DNA of 63,035 bases, the filler included, from Octopus bimaculoides (taxonomy: Eukaryota): assembly GCF_001194135.2 (NCBI RefSeq). It is 4 parts of 4 records of this genome, joined end to end, with 100 filler letters (N's around TTAATTAATTAA, not from the genome) between each part and the next. Parts side by side here need not be neighbours in the genome. Positions count along the whole stretch, not along the records: positions 39,435 to 63,035 come from NC_069004.1; 3 more parts are not named here. One strand, 5' to 3'. The position numbers and the translations under genes are program-made. Under the pieces are notes generated by a model, which was given only the letters and a program-made list of their open reading frames with translations, was not told where the DNA came from and ran no database searches. Position 1 is the stretch's first letter, and every line of letters starts with the position of its first letter. This document shows, in pieces, positions 52,023-63,035 of this stretch.

Positions 52023-52273
52023 GCGAACCCTGCTGTACTCTTTCACCACAACTTTCTCTCACTCTTACTTCCTGTTTCTGTTGTGCCTGTAATTCAAAGG
52101 GTCAGCCTTGTCACACTCTGTGTCACGCTGAATATCCTTGAGAACTACGTTAAGGGTACAGGTGTGACTGTGGAGTGCTCAGCCACTTGCACGTTAATTT
52201 CACGAGCAGGCTGTTCCGTTGATCGGATCAACTGGAACCCTCGACGTCGTAAGCGACGGAGTGCCAACAACAA
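52023..52273 (+). mobile_element. 5'-truncated copy of the SINE at 54077 (family A)
   Basis: Only about 6 mismatches over about 250 bp versus 54213-54463. Confidence 0.9.
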
Positions 52274-52639
52274 GAAAATTGTAAGAATAAAAGACGAACG
52301 CTTTTTATCAATAAATTGAATTGAGGAATTGGAGAAGTCCTGGAAGAGAAATTAGTATTCTTCAAATGAAACTTTTGGAAGCGTTGGACGTTTCGAAATG
52401 AAGTGCGCATGCGTATTTGTGCGTCTGAGTGTGCTTGTGTATTATGAAATGAAGACAAATAAGGAATAAGTGTTCGTGATGTTTAAATATACATTTACGC
52501 ACCCATCAAACCTGTCAGTTATTGACAGGTTCGTTCTCTTGTGTCAGAATCCAGACACTAACCAAAATGTTGCTAACTAGATTTACAAATACTGAACTGG
52601 TTTATTTTACGCCTTGTCTTCAGAATATCGCGTGCTAAC

Positions 52640-52830
52640 CACCACCACCACCGTCATCATCATCACTAACCAACACCACCGCCGCCGCCGCCAAGACGTC
52701 CACACCATTGTCATCACCACCACCGGCACCGCCAAAACAACAACGAAGTAACAACACCAAGATCTTGAATAATCATGACGAGAACAATATCCCGATATTC
52801 ACTACTACTACTACTACTGCTACTACTACA

Positions 52831-52898
<68 letters not shown>

Positions 52899-52999
52899 TT
52901 CTACCATTCTTATCAGCACCATTCACACACTCATCAGAGAGAAAATGCCAATATTTGTCTCGTAACATCAGCGCATTCAACAACTCTGTTATCACATGA

Positions 53000-53033
<34 letters not shown>

Positions 53034-53171
53034 GGTGGTGGTGGTGGTGGTGGTGATGGTGGCGTTGGAAGCAATTGTTTGTGATGATGACGACGAGCAA
53101 GACTACAACCACAGTCACATCGTCAACGACGAAGACGATGAGGAAGGTAATGATGATGGAGATGATAGTGG

Positions 53172-53229
<58 letters not shown>

Positions 53230-53575
53230 AGTCTTTGTGATGACGATGATGATGTCGACGACAATGACGACAACCACAACCACAGCCTCAACGACGACTA
53301 TCCAAACGATGAAGAAGATAAAGATGAAGAGGATGATGGTGATGATGATGATGAAGATGAGGATGATGGTGGAGGTGGAGGTGGCGGTGGTGGTGGTGGT
53401 GGAGTTCGTGATGATGACAACGACGACAATGATGACGATGATGATGACAGCGGTGGTCTTGATGGGGTGGGGGGGTAGTGGTCGAGGTCGTGATGGTGAT
53501 GCTACCCGGTAGCGGTAGTGAGTACGATGATGATAATAATGACGATGATGACGGTCAATGATGATGATGAGTCCT
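52640..53575. repeat. In-phase compound trinucleotide low-complexity region (ACT/GAT/GGT/GAC)
   Basis: Directly visible; it produces spurious poly-T/D/V/H ORFs. Confidence 0.85.
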
Positions 53576-53925
53576 GAGTTCAAATTCCGCCTAAGTCGGC
53601 TTTGAATTTCATCCTTTCAGGCTCGATGAATTAAGTACCAGTTGCGTACTCTGGTCGATCTAATCGACTGGCTTCCTCCTCCAAAATTTCCGGCCTTGTG
53701 CCTAGTGTAGAAAATAATATTGGTTTCAAACATAGCACAAAGCCAGCAATTTTAGGTTAGTTTGGTGTTAGTATTACTAGCGTACTATGGCGGTGAACTA
53801 GTAGGGTAGTTAGCACGTTGAACAGAATGCTGAGGGGCATTTTGTTCTTCATTACTGTCTGAGTTCAAATTCCGCCCAAGTCGACTTTACCTTTCATCCA
53901 TTCGAGGTCGATGAAAATAAGTGCT
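53575..53925 (+). mobile_element. Two family B SINE fragments
   Basis: GAGTTCAAATTCCGCC at 53577 and at 53861. Confidence 0.75.
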
Positions 53926-54076
53926 TATTTAGCTTAATGGTTAATATAGCGCCGCAGTAATGCTAACCATCTACGGAGCATTTGAACTCAAAACATAAAG
54001 CATCAGGAGAAAAGCTGTTAAGCATCTTGTCTAATGTGCTCACCGTCTTATTGCAACTGTAATACTGACACCAAGT

Positions 54077-54463
54077 GGAGGCGCAATGGCCCAGTAGTTA
54101 GGGCAGCGGACTCGCGGTCATAGGATCGCGGTTTCGATTCCCAGACCGGGCGTTGTGAGTGTTTATTGAGCGAAAACACCTAAAGCTCCACGAGGCTCCG
54201 GCAGAGGATGGTGGCGAACCCTGCTGTACCCTTTCACCACAACTTTCTCTCACTCTTACTTCCTGTTTCTGTTGTGCCTGTAATTCAAAGGGTCAGACTT
54301 GTCACACTCTGTGTCACGCTGAATATCCCCGAGAAATACGTTAAGGGTACAGGTGTGACTGTGGAGTGCTCAGCCACTTGCACGTTAATTTCACGAGCAG
54401 GCTGTTCCGTTGATCGGATCAACTGGAACCCTCGACGTCGTAAGCGACGGAGTGCCAAAAACA
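54077..54463 (+). mobile_element. Full-length tRNA-derived SINE (family A; probably the octopus OK family, name from recall) with 12-bp TSD
   Basis: A-box TGGCCCAGTAGTTAGG, B-box GGTTTCGATTCCC, AAC-rich tail. TSD ACTGACACCAAG at 54064-54075 and 54464-54475. Confidence 0.9.
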
Positions 54464-55138
54464 ACTGACACCAAGCTAATGCTTCTATCATAGCAGTAAT
54501 TCTAACCATCTTGGCAGTACTTGAACGCAGAATATAAAGAGTCCCAAGAAATGCCGTTAAACATTTTCTGTGACGTGCTAACAATTCTACAATTTCTTCA
54601 CTTAAGTCCATCACTATTAATACCATTATAACAAGCTGACTACCATCAGATTCCGAAGAATTTCTGTCACCATAACAGCTACCACCATAAACAATCACTA
54701 AAATCCAAACTGCCGAACACAACCAGCCTTCGCCACCTTCACCGTTTACACATTCCAGTAACCCCTCTTCGAAGCTAGCATCAGGTTTTTATCATGCTAC
54801 TGGGACATGTCAGGCAACCGGTATTAATTTTCGCCGGTTTAGCTGACGAATTAAAATTTCAACCGTCTGACGTGAAGGAAATTCTCAATAGTTTCGAATC
54901 GAATCTAAGTGAAATAGTAATATCCGCCGACCACCACCACTACCACACCATACAACACATCACACCACTCCATTCTCTACAGCACCATACCGTTCCGTAT
55001 TACGCCACATCAAACCGCCTCTTCCTCGCTCTACCGCAAACCGTCACCGTATCCATCGCTTCACTCTCTCGCTCTCTCCTCTCTCATATAACTTGCTTGT
55101 AGATTCAATTAAATTTTTTCCTCTGTATTTCGTACGAC

Positions 55139-55225
55139 GGCCGCCATCTTTTATTTCATTTTCGTCTCTCTCTTTCTCTTTTCTGCCACATTGAGAAAAT
55201 ACTGGCGTAATATCACGTGACGTGG
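55139..55225 (-). promoter_or_regulatory. Candidate promoter signature (E-box/UPRE-like plus YY1-like motif)
   Basis: TCACGTGACGTGG at 55213-55225 and GGCCGCCATCTT at 55139-55150, in a CpG-rich pocket. Confidence 0.3.
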
Positions 55226-55689
55226 CACGCATTTTTGTAATAGTCAATTTGGAATCGTCGAATCGTCGATAGAATTTTAGGATGAAAGAAAGGATAGGAA
55301 AGAAGACGAGAAGTATAAAGGGGAAAAAGACTTAAAAAAAGACGAGGAATATAAAAGGAAAGGGACATAAAATGAGAAAGAAAGAGTTATTTGTAATCCA
55401 ATGGAACTTTCTCTTGTTCTTCTTCAACAAGAAAAAGAAAAAAAATAATAAATAACGATAGAAATTAAAGCCAACAACAACAAAAAAGAAAGGAAATTTG
55501 GCTCAGTTTATAGGACTTCACTAATATATAGTTGTTTTATCTTTTATGTATGTATTTTTTTTTTTTCTTCATGATGGTTCCTTGTTTCATTCTATTAAGC
55601 AGAGCTATAGGTATGTGTAAGTCTTAGATGTTTGATGTATATAAGAATGGTGCGTGCGCGCGTGTGTGTGTATGTGTGTGTGTGTACAG

Positions 55690-55857
55690 GTTTGGGTGTG
55701 TGGTAAGAAGTTTACTTTCTCAACAACGTCATTCCGATTTCAGTCCCATGGCGTAGCAGCTTGGACAACTGTCTTCTACTATTTCTTCCAGCCACCCAAA
55801 GCCTTGTGAGCGGATTTTATACACGGAAACTGAAAGAAGCCCGTCCAATTGACATAT
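55690..55857 (+). mobile_element. Family C SINE 5' part running into a gap
   Basis: GTGTGGTAAGAAGTTT ... CAAAGCCTTGTGAGCGGATTTT..CGGAAACTGAAAGAAGCCCGTC. Confidence 0.8.
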
Positions 55858-58231
55858 NNNNNNNNNNNNNNNNNNNNNNNNNNNNNNNNNNNNNNNNNNN
55901 NNNNNNNNNNNNNNNNNNNNNNNNNNNNNNNNNNNNNNNNNNNNNNNNNNNNNNNNNNNNNNNNNNNNNNNNNNNNNNNNNNNNNNNNNNNNNNNNNNNN
56001 NNNNNNNNNNNNNNNNNNNNNNNNNNNNNNNNNNNNNNNNNNNNNNNNNNNNNNNNNNNNNNNNNNNNNNNNNNNNNNNNNNNNNNNNNNNNNNNNNNNN
56101 NNNNNNNNNNNNNNNNNNNNNNNNNNNNNNNNNNNNNNNNNNNNNNNNNNNNNNNNNNNNNNNNNNNNNNNNNNNNNNNNNNNNNNNNNNNNNNNNNNNN
56201 NNNNNNNNNNNNNNNNNNNNNNNNNNNNNNNNNNNNNNNNNNNNNNNNNNNNNNNNNNNNNNNNNNNNNNNTATATATATATATATGTATGTATATTACC
56301 AAATAACTACTATGTTACGCATGATTCGATGAACATTGATCGAAAGATCCTTTGCCACAATTGCTAGCACGAGAATCAGATTTCCAATCAATCACTACTT
56401 GATGACCGTGGGTACCTTTTCGAACTTTCCCCCATCAAAGTTTTGTTCTTCTAACCTAAAATTTTCGAATCTAATATTGATCTAAGCATTCATACAGCTA
56501 AACGTCTTATTTAAATATTTAAAACATATGTTGTGTGAAATTGGTAATGAAGTCACATGACCGGTTGCCTTGTTTCTCTTGCTCATGTTTATATATTTTG
56601 TGTTTGTCGTTTGATAACCTTTTCAGACAAAACTTTAATAGTATAGGTTGTCCGTATTAGCGCTTATAATAATATCTTACAAGCAATAACACCTAATATT
56701 TTACTTGGATGTTTTTTTGTAATTCCGTGTTTATTAATAATTTGGATGAAAGTCACCGGTACCGGCAATTTTCGTGGTATTAAGCGGCTCCTAAGTAAAC
56801 CTCATAGAGTAACTTGGAAACGGGTAATTCACTGAAAATTGAATATATGCGTGCGTGTGTGTGTGTGTTCATATATATGTATGTCTTATATATATATATA
56901 TGTGTATAGTCTCCAATCGAAAATTATGGTACCGTGTACTACTTCTTAACGTAACACGTTACATACACACACACACACGGGTGCATACACATACACACAC
57001 ATTTTTATACATACATACGTATATGTATATAGTCTTCAGATTTTTGCGTGGGGGTAGGCGATATTGTGAAGGGGTCCAGCCGGAATTCCAAAGGTTAATT
57101 TCGAATATTACAATTGAGTTGACAATAAACTTGTCTTTGATCACAGGGAATTTCGCTGCCTTTGTGATGTTTCCTAGCCGAGATTCTTTAGTCACTGATC
57201 CATCGATCTAATATTTCGATTGAGGATCGTAAAAGAGAAATCAATCGCATTCAATAAAGCACAAATATTGTGTTGCCGCTTGGGAGACGATTCCGTTTGT
57301 TCTCTAAAGAATGGCTGATTTCAATAAATATGGTCTTTCAATTCGCTTGAAAGAGGCTGGCGGAGGACTGAGTAGGAAAAAGTGGCGGTACTTTAAAATA
57401 TTATTGCAGATTTTCCAGTGTTTAGATTGGGACAAAAATCATTCGACCGTTGTTCAAAACTGTTTTGTTGTTGTTGTTGCTGCTGTTGTTGATTAGTGCG
57501 GTTATTTAACCCCAGGTCGACTTTAATAAAGAGGTCTGACAGATCTATCATTGAAATATATTTCAGATACAGCTATACAGATTTTCTTTTCTCTGGAACT
57601 GCATACCTTGTACTACACTACATTCTCTACTGGGTTATTTTTATGATTGAAGAGGGTATGGTTAGAAAAAACAATTCTATTTTTTTTCTGACAGGGAATT
57701 CCAGGCATTAAAAAGTGAAGTTACCTTCACGAATCATACAGACACATAAGAGCTATTTTGTCGGTTTCGTCTGCCGCGGTAAAGGTTCTGCCACCACGCC
57801 ACCTTGCGGCCACGAAATGATTTATAGACAAGGTTGATTTCAATATTTGTACTCAGACCACAAGATAACAGAACAAATATTGACACAAATTCCATTCGGC
57901 ACTCTGACGATTCTAAAAGTTTGCCATCTTAAGGTGACAAGATACAAATTGTATATAACAAAAATTATTAGTATCGAGTTTGAAAATTAAGAAAATAAAA
58001 AGTAATCGGAAAGAGAAAGTTCTAGTGTTGAAAACCATTGATTACTGCAGCTGCGATGTCACTAATCTGTCTCAGATTAGTTTTTCTTGATTCTTCTGTA
58101 ATTTGGAATCTGTGGAAAGTTCCAAAGCTTTCTTCTGCTGCCAGAAATTCGGAAAGTATTCAATTATCAGAAGNNNNNNNNNNNNNNNNNNNNNNNNNNN
58201 NNNNNNNNNNNNNNNNNNNNNNNNNNNNNNN

Positions 58232-58430
58232 CGTATATATGTATGAATTGTATTCACACAAACGCATACACACACACATATATGTATATGTATATATATA
58301 TGTGTATATATATGTATGTATTTACACACATATACACAAACGTATATATGTATGAATTGTATTCACACAAACGCATACACACACACATATATGTATATGT
58401 ATATATATATGTGTATATATATGTATGTAT
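58232..58430. repeat. Direct duplication with 109-bp period at a gap edge
   Basis: CGTATATATGTATGAATTGTATTCACACAAACGCATAC.. starts at 58232 and again at 58341, identical over about 89 bp. Confidence 0.85.
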
Positions 58431-60200
58431 ATGTAAAACCACAGGAAAGAAAGATTTGCAACGAGTATTTAATTGAATTGTTGTGATTGATTCTCTAATG
58501 GATTTTTCTTTGCAATTTGGTTACTTAAGGTCATATATATTTTTTTTGTTTGTGTGTGTGTATGTGTGTGTGTATGTGTGTGTGTGAAGTAGAAGATAAG
58601 GCAAGAAATCCCTGGTGTTTAATTGACCCATGCAAATGCTAACCCTCATCATCTTCACTTGTCCTCTTGATCGTGAGCTCTATACCCTACCCATTGAGCC
58701 CTACACTTTCTCGAGAAAAAGAACTAAAGGAGACAAATGAACGAAATGATAAAAAAGAAAACTTGACGTCGCTGCGATTTGAACTCAGAAAGCAACGGTG
58801 GGGAAAAATATTGCAATGTATTCTACTCGAAGGCTCTAATGATTTTGCTAACAGAACGCCGAACCCGACCCTTCCTATGACCACCACCACTACTGTCACT
58901 CAGTCATAGCTTTGGATTACAGATCGAATCTGCTGACCTGGGGTCAAACTACACCACGCATTTGGTTTGCAGCTCTATCGGTTCCTCCATTCATTCTAGG
59001 ACGGTATAATTTTAGACGCCGAATAACAAGGGAATTTGTGATATTTATGCCTTTCCCAAAGGGGGCGCAGGTCGTGAACTGTGTGAAATTAATTCTCAGC
59101 GTATAAAAATCCGAACATTTGTCCCTAGACAGAACGAAACAACTATTTTAATTTGCTTTCTGCCTGAATTGTCATCTAATTTTCTAATTAAGCTAAGTTG
59201 AACATTTTTATTCGTTTTAGAAGATTTTCTAATTCTATTTTCAATTTAAGAATTTTACACACGTGTTTTTTGTTCACTACTTTTTATATATTTATTATTA
59301 CCATTATTATTATTATTATTATAATTATTATTATTATTATTACTATTACTATTACTATTATTATTATTATTATTATTATTATTATGTTTTTTTAATATAG
59401 TTTTTGAAAATTTTCAATTTGGACTGTAATACTCCAAAAATGAAATTTAAAATTAATCCATTATATTACTTCATTGTGTTATATTATGCTGTACTACTTC
59501 TAAATTATTCTCTTCATTATCGCTAGCTGTATAAAAAACAAAAACAAAATAACAGCGGAATAAAAAAAATCTGCCAAAAATACAAATACAATTTTAGACT
59601 GCTTCATTTAATACTGAAAATTAACGAGGACCTAATGATGAACATTGACTGAATTGCCTAAAATTAGCAATAAATAGTGATATTTGTACTAGATAATAGG
59701 AGCGCTTATAACTGTATACACCCACGTCTTGTCGTACGTTTCCTCTACGAATAAAATATCGTCATAATAAAATTGATTGCTGTAATGCAAAATTTTTATC
59801 AGTCAGTATCACACACGAAGCAAATATTGTCGTTACTTGGCTGTCCTTGGAATTTCCCGCTTAATTTTGAAATTTTCATATAAAGAACGATCTCGTTGCT
59901 TATTACCGCTCGCAAAAGAATAAATTATTCAGGTTGTTATATTCGGTTTGCTGTGAGCAACGGCCGTATTATTCATAGCTCAGGGAAAGGAATTTAAAGA
60001 GGTTGATTCTGGAGGCATACAGGATTTATTGCATACTGAACTCCGAAATTATGAAAGGCAAACTCGGTCTCAGCGCCATCCGAATGCAGAACATCAAGAC
60101 AGGTGAAATGCCGGTAAGTATTTTGCCCGGCGTCCTAAAGATTCTGCCATCTTGCCGCCATAGAAGATATGTAATATTAGTAGCTGTGAGTGTAGGCCAG

Positions 60201-60352
60201 GCATGTATATGTGGTAAGGAGTTTGCTTCCCAACCACATGGTATCAGGTTCAGTCCTACTGCGTGGCATCTTGGGTGTCTTCTACTATAGCTTCGAGGAG
60301 ACCAAAGCCTTGCAAGTTGGTTGTAGTAGTCCGAAAGTGAAAGAAGCTCATC

Positions 60353-60386
<34 letters not shown>
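60201..60386 (+). mobile_element. Family C SINE 5' part running into a gap
   Basis: GTGGTAAGGAGTTTGCTTCCCAACCACATGG..GGTTCAGTCCTACTGCGTGGCA ... GAAAGAAGCTCATCGTG(TA)n. Confidence 0.85.
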
Positions 60387-61034
60387 NNNNNNNNNNNNNN
60401 NNNNNNNNNNNNNNNNNNNNNNNNNNNNNNNNNNNNNNNNNNNNNNNNNNNNNNNNNNNNNNNNNNNNNNNNNNNNNNNNNNNNNNNNNNNNNNNNNNNN
60501 NNNNNNNNNNNNNNNNNNNNNNNNNNNNNNNNNNNNNNNNNNNNNNNNNNNNNNNNNNNNNNNNNNNNNNNNNNNNNNNNNNNNNNNNNNNNNNNNNNNN
60601 NNNNNNNNNNNNNNNNNNNNNNNNNNNNNNNNNNNNNNNNNNNNNNNNNNNNNNNNNNNNNNNNNNNNNNNNNNNNNNNNNNNNNNNNNNNNNNNNNNNN
60701 NNNNNNNNNNNNNNNNNNNNNNNNNNNNNNNNNNNNNNNNNNNNNNNNNNNNNNNNNNNNNNNNNNNNNNNNNNNNNNNNNNNNNNNNNNNNNNNNNNNG
60801 AATAACTATCAGGTTTGAAAATATATTGGAGTCAATTCGTTTGACAAATATTTTTTAACACGATGCTGTAACATTATTGCAGTCTAATGACTGAATCAAG
60901 TAAAAAAAAAAGAGGAAAAAACTGGAAAGATTAGGGATCTACAAGCCAACACAGTCGAACTTTGATCTCATAAGTATAAAATAAAGATCTAACCGTAAAG
61001 TAATACAGTTTCAAATTTTACCACAGGGGCAATT

Positions 61035-61350
61035 TTGGATGGGAGGATGAGTCGATTACAACGACCCCAGTATTTCACTGTTACTTATTTTATCGACACC
61101 GAAATAGTAAAAGGCAAAGACGACCTCGGCAGAATTGGAACTCAGAACGTAACGACGGGCGAAATACCTCTAAACTTTTAGCCTTGCGCGCTAACGATCC
61201 TCCCAGTTCGCCGACTTAACCGGGGTCAACTTTGTCTTTCATCCTTTTGGAGTCGATAAATTAAGTACCAGTTGCGTATTGGGGTCGTTCTAATCGACTG
61301 GCTCCCTTCCAAAATATTTCGGGCCTTGTGCTTAGAGTAGAAAAGAATAT
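61035..61350. mobile_element. Head-to-head pair of family B SINEs (minus 61035-61218, plus 61219-61350)
   Basis: ACGACCCCAGTATTTCACTG..TTTATCGAC on the left is complementary to GTCGATAAATTAAGTACCAG..TTGGGGTCGT on the right. Confidence 0.8.
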
Positions 61351-61964
61351 TATAGGTATATCTATAGTACTTCAACCACAAAACAAATGAAAAATGGTGA
61401 TTAATAGATTAATAGAGGGATATATATCACTGAGTTGGAAAACATCAAATAAAGTAGATTTTCTATTTGTCACGTGAATTGCCTTGAGACGAATTCGGTA
61501 TGATAGCAATGGCGCTCATGGTATGATAATTTCTGTTTAACATTAAGGGATGTGAATATAGGATAAATCAAAAAGGAATGAAACAATTGGACCCAGAATG
61601 TGATGAATAGGTTCGGGACAGTTGTGAACGTAGCATTCTATAAGGAATGTTATCTACCGTATTTAATGGACAAAAAATACAAAAAAAAAAACAAGACAAA
61701 ACACGTACTATTTATTTCTTCAATAAAAACAAAAGTTTCAAAAGCTCCCTACGTTCCATGTGAGACCTGATAACAACAGGAGGCACTGTGGCCAATGAAA
61801 AATATTGTGTATACAGCTTTGGCTGATACAATGGAACAAATATTGCAAGAAGTAAGAAATCTCATGAGGCTAATAAAGCAATAGGTCGGAACGTTGATGA
61901 ATAAAACCGGACAAGGCGGGCCTCGCATTTTGTATGTAAGCTGGTTTTAGTTCTCATTAACATC

Positions 61965-62073
61965 CATCTCTCTTATTCTCTCTCTAACTCTCCTTTTCCT
62001 ATCATCATTTTCTCTTTCTTTCCCTTACTTTGCTCTCTCGCTATTTGTGATATTCTGTCTGTTTGACAGTATG

Positions 62074-62115
<42 letters not shown>

Positions 62116-62159
62116 CATCTATTTCTCCCCCTCTCTATCTATCTATCCATCTATTTCTC

Positions 62160-62201
<42 letters not shown>

Positions 62202-63035
62202 CATCTATTTCTCCCTCTCTATCTCTCTCTCTCTCAGTCTATCTATCTATCTATCTATCTTAACTTATCTCCCCAACATCATTATTGTCATCATCTCTCT
62301 TCTCCCATCTTTGTTCATTGACTTAACTTTTCTGCTTATCACATAACTCCCTTCTTATCTCTCACCTTTTCGGTCGTAAATTCTGTCCTCATCCTCCACT
62401 TCATCCTCATCATCATCATCAACATCACTATCGTCATCCTTATCTCTCTTCTTTGACTTCTCTGTTCACCACATCTCTCTCTCTCTATCTCTCTCTCTCT
62501 CTATCTCTCTCTCTCTCTCTTTCTGCCTTACCTATTCTGTTCATCATCATCATTATAATCATCATTTCCCTTTCTTATTTGAATTAACTAGTCTGCCTCT
62601 CGCATCTTTCCATCTCTCTCTCTCTCTCTCTCTACCTCTTTCTCTTTCCATCTCTCTCTCCCTATTTCTCTCTCCCTCTTTCTCCCTCTCTCTCCCTCTT
62701 TCTGTCTTAACTTCTCTCCTTCTCATCATCATCTCTCTCTCTCCTCCTTCTTTGACTTAACTTCTCTGCTTCCCACGTTTCTTATTTACCTCACCCACTT
62801 TCCCTCTCTCCCCACCCTTTCTCTCCCTATATCTCTCTCTCCTACTCCTCCCCCCTCCTTCCCCATCTCTCTCTCTTTATCACTCTCTGTATCTCTCTAA
62901 CTATTCATTACATCCTCTAAATGTCACACACCTCATTCAGAAGCCATCTTTATTTATGAAACAAACATTTAAGAGCATCTCACAGCAGCCGATTCTTTCC
63001 TCTCTCCCACCCTCCCTCCCTTATTCCCTATACTC
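61965..63035. repeat. About 1-kb pyrimidine-rich low-complexity tract (CT/CTAT/CAT)
   Basis: Directly visible. Confidence 0.9.

Noticed and set aside
52714-53583. 289-aa and 160-aa acidic or His/Ser-rich ORFs with two related internal units
   Set aside because: In-phase trinucleotide simplicity keeps frames open on both strands. There is no recognisable domain or splice context.
54077-54150. tRNA-like cloverleaf heads here and at 12066, 46940 and 50040
   Set aside because: They continue directly into SINE bodies (one with a TSD), so they are SINE heads rather than tRNA genes.
54843-54870. CTGACGA motif here and at about 41359 as further hammerheads
   Set aside because: No properly placed GAAAC or closing helix I.
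58232-58430. Identical 109-bp-period duplication
   Set aside because: It starts exactly at a gap edge in low-complexity sequence, so it may be an assembly overlap or collapsed minisatellite. Not treated as functional.

Overview
Repeat-saturated, AT-rich animal genomic DNA with about 30 N-gaps. The SINE families and dense CA/TA/GATA/TAA microsatellites suggest an Octopus genome (inference). Almost all ORFs in the supplied track are microsatellite or gap artefacts. The one securely identifiable host gene element is a 101-nt internal exon at 21900-22000 (+) encoding the first half of a Lin-28 cold-shock domain ([33 protein letters not shown]), with canonical splice signals. A plausible but unproven first coding exon (MDSPT-G) lies at 13224-13239. 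I could not find the next lin-28 exon in the remaining 41 kb. The rest is decayed mobile DNA: Tc1 and mariner remnants, MITEs, an RTE LINE, an R4/Dong-type LINE next to a (TAA)n tract, a Penelope-like GIY-YIG remnant and many tRNA-derived SINEs. The most interesting unexplained structures are: (1) a roughly 470-nt fold-back hairpin at 31.5-31.9 kb in the presumed lin-28 intron; (2) three degenerate minimal type I hammerhead-ribozyme motifs, one arranged as a head-to-head dimer; (3) several perfect palindromes at truncated transposon ends that look like template-switch scars; (4) compact regulatory-motif clusters. No CRISPR array, rRNA or intact tRNA gene was found.
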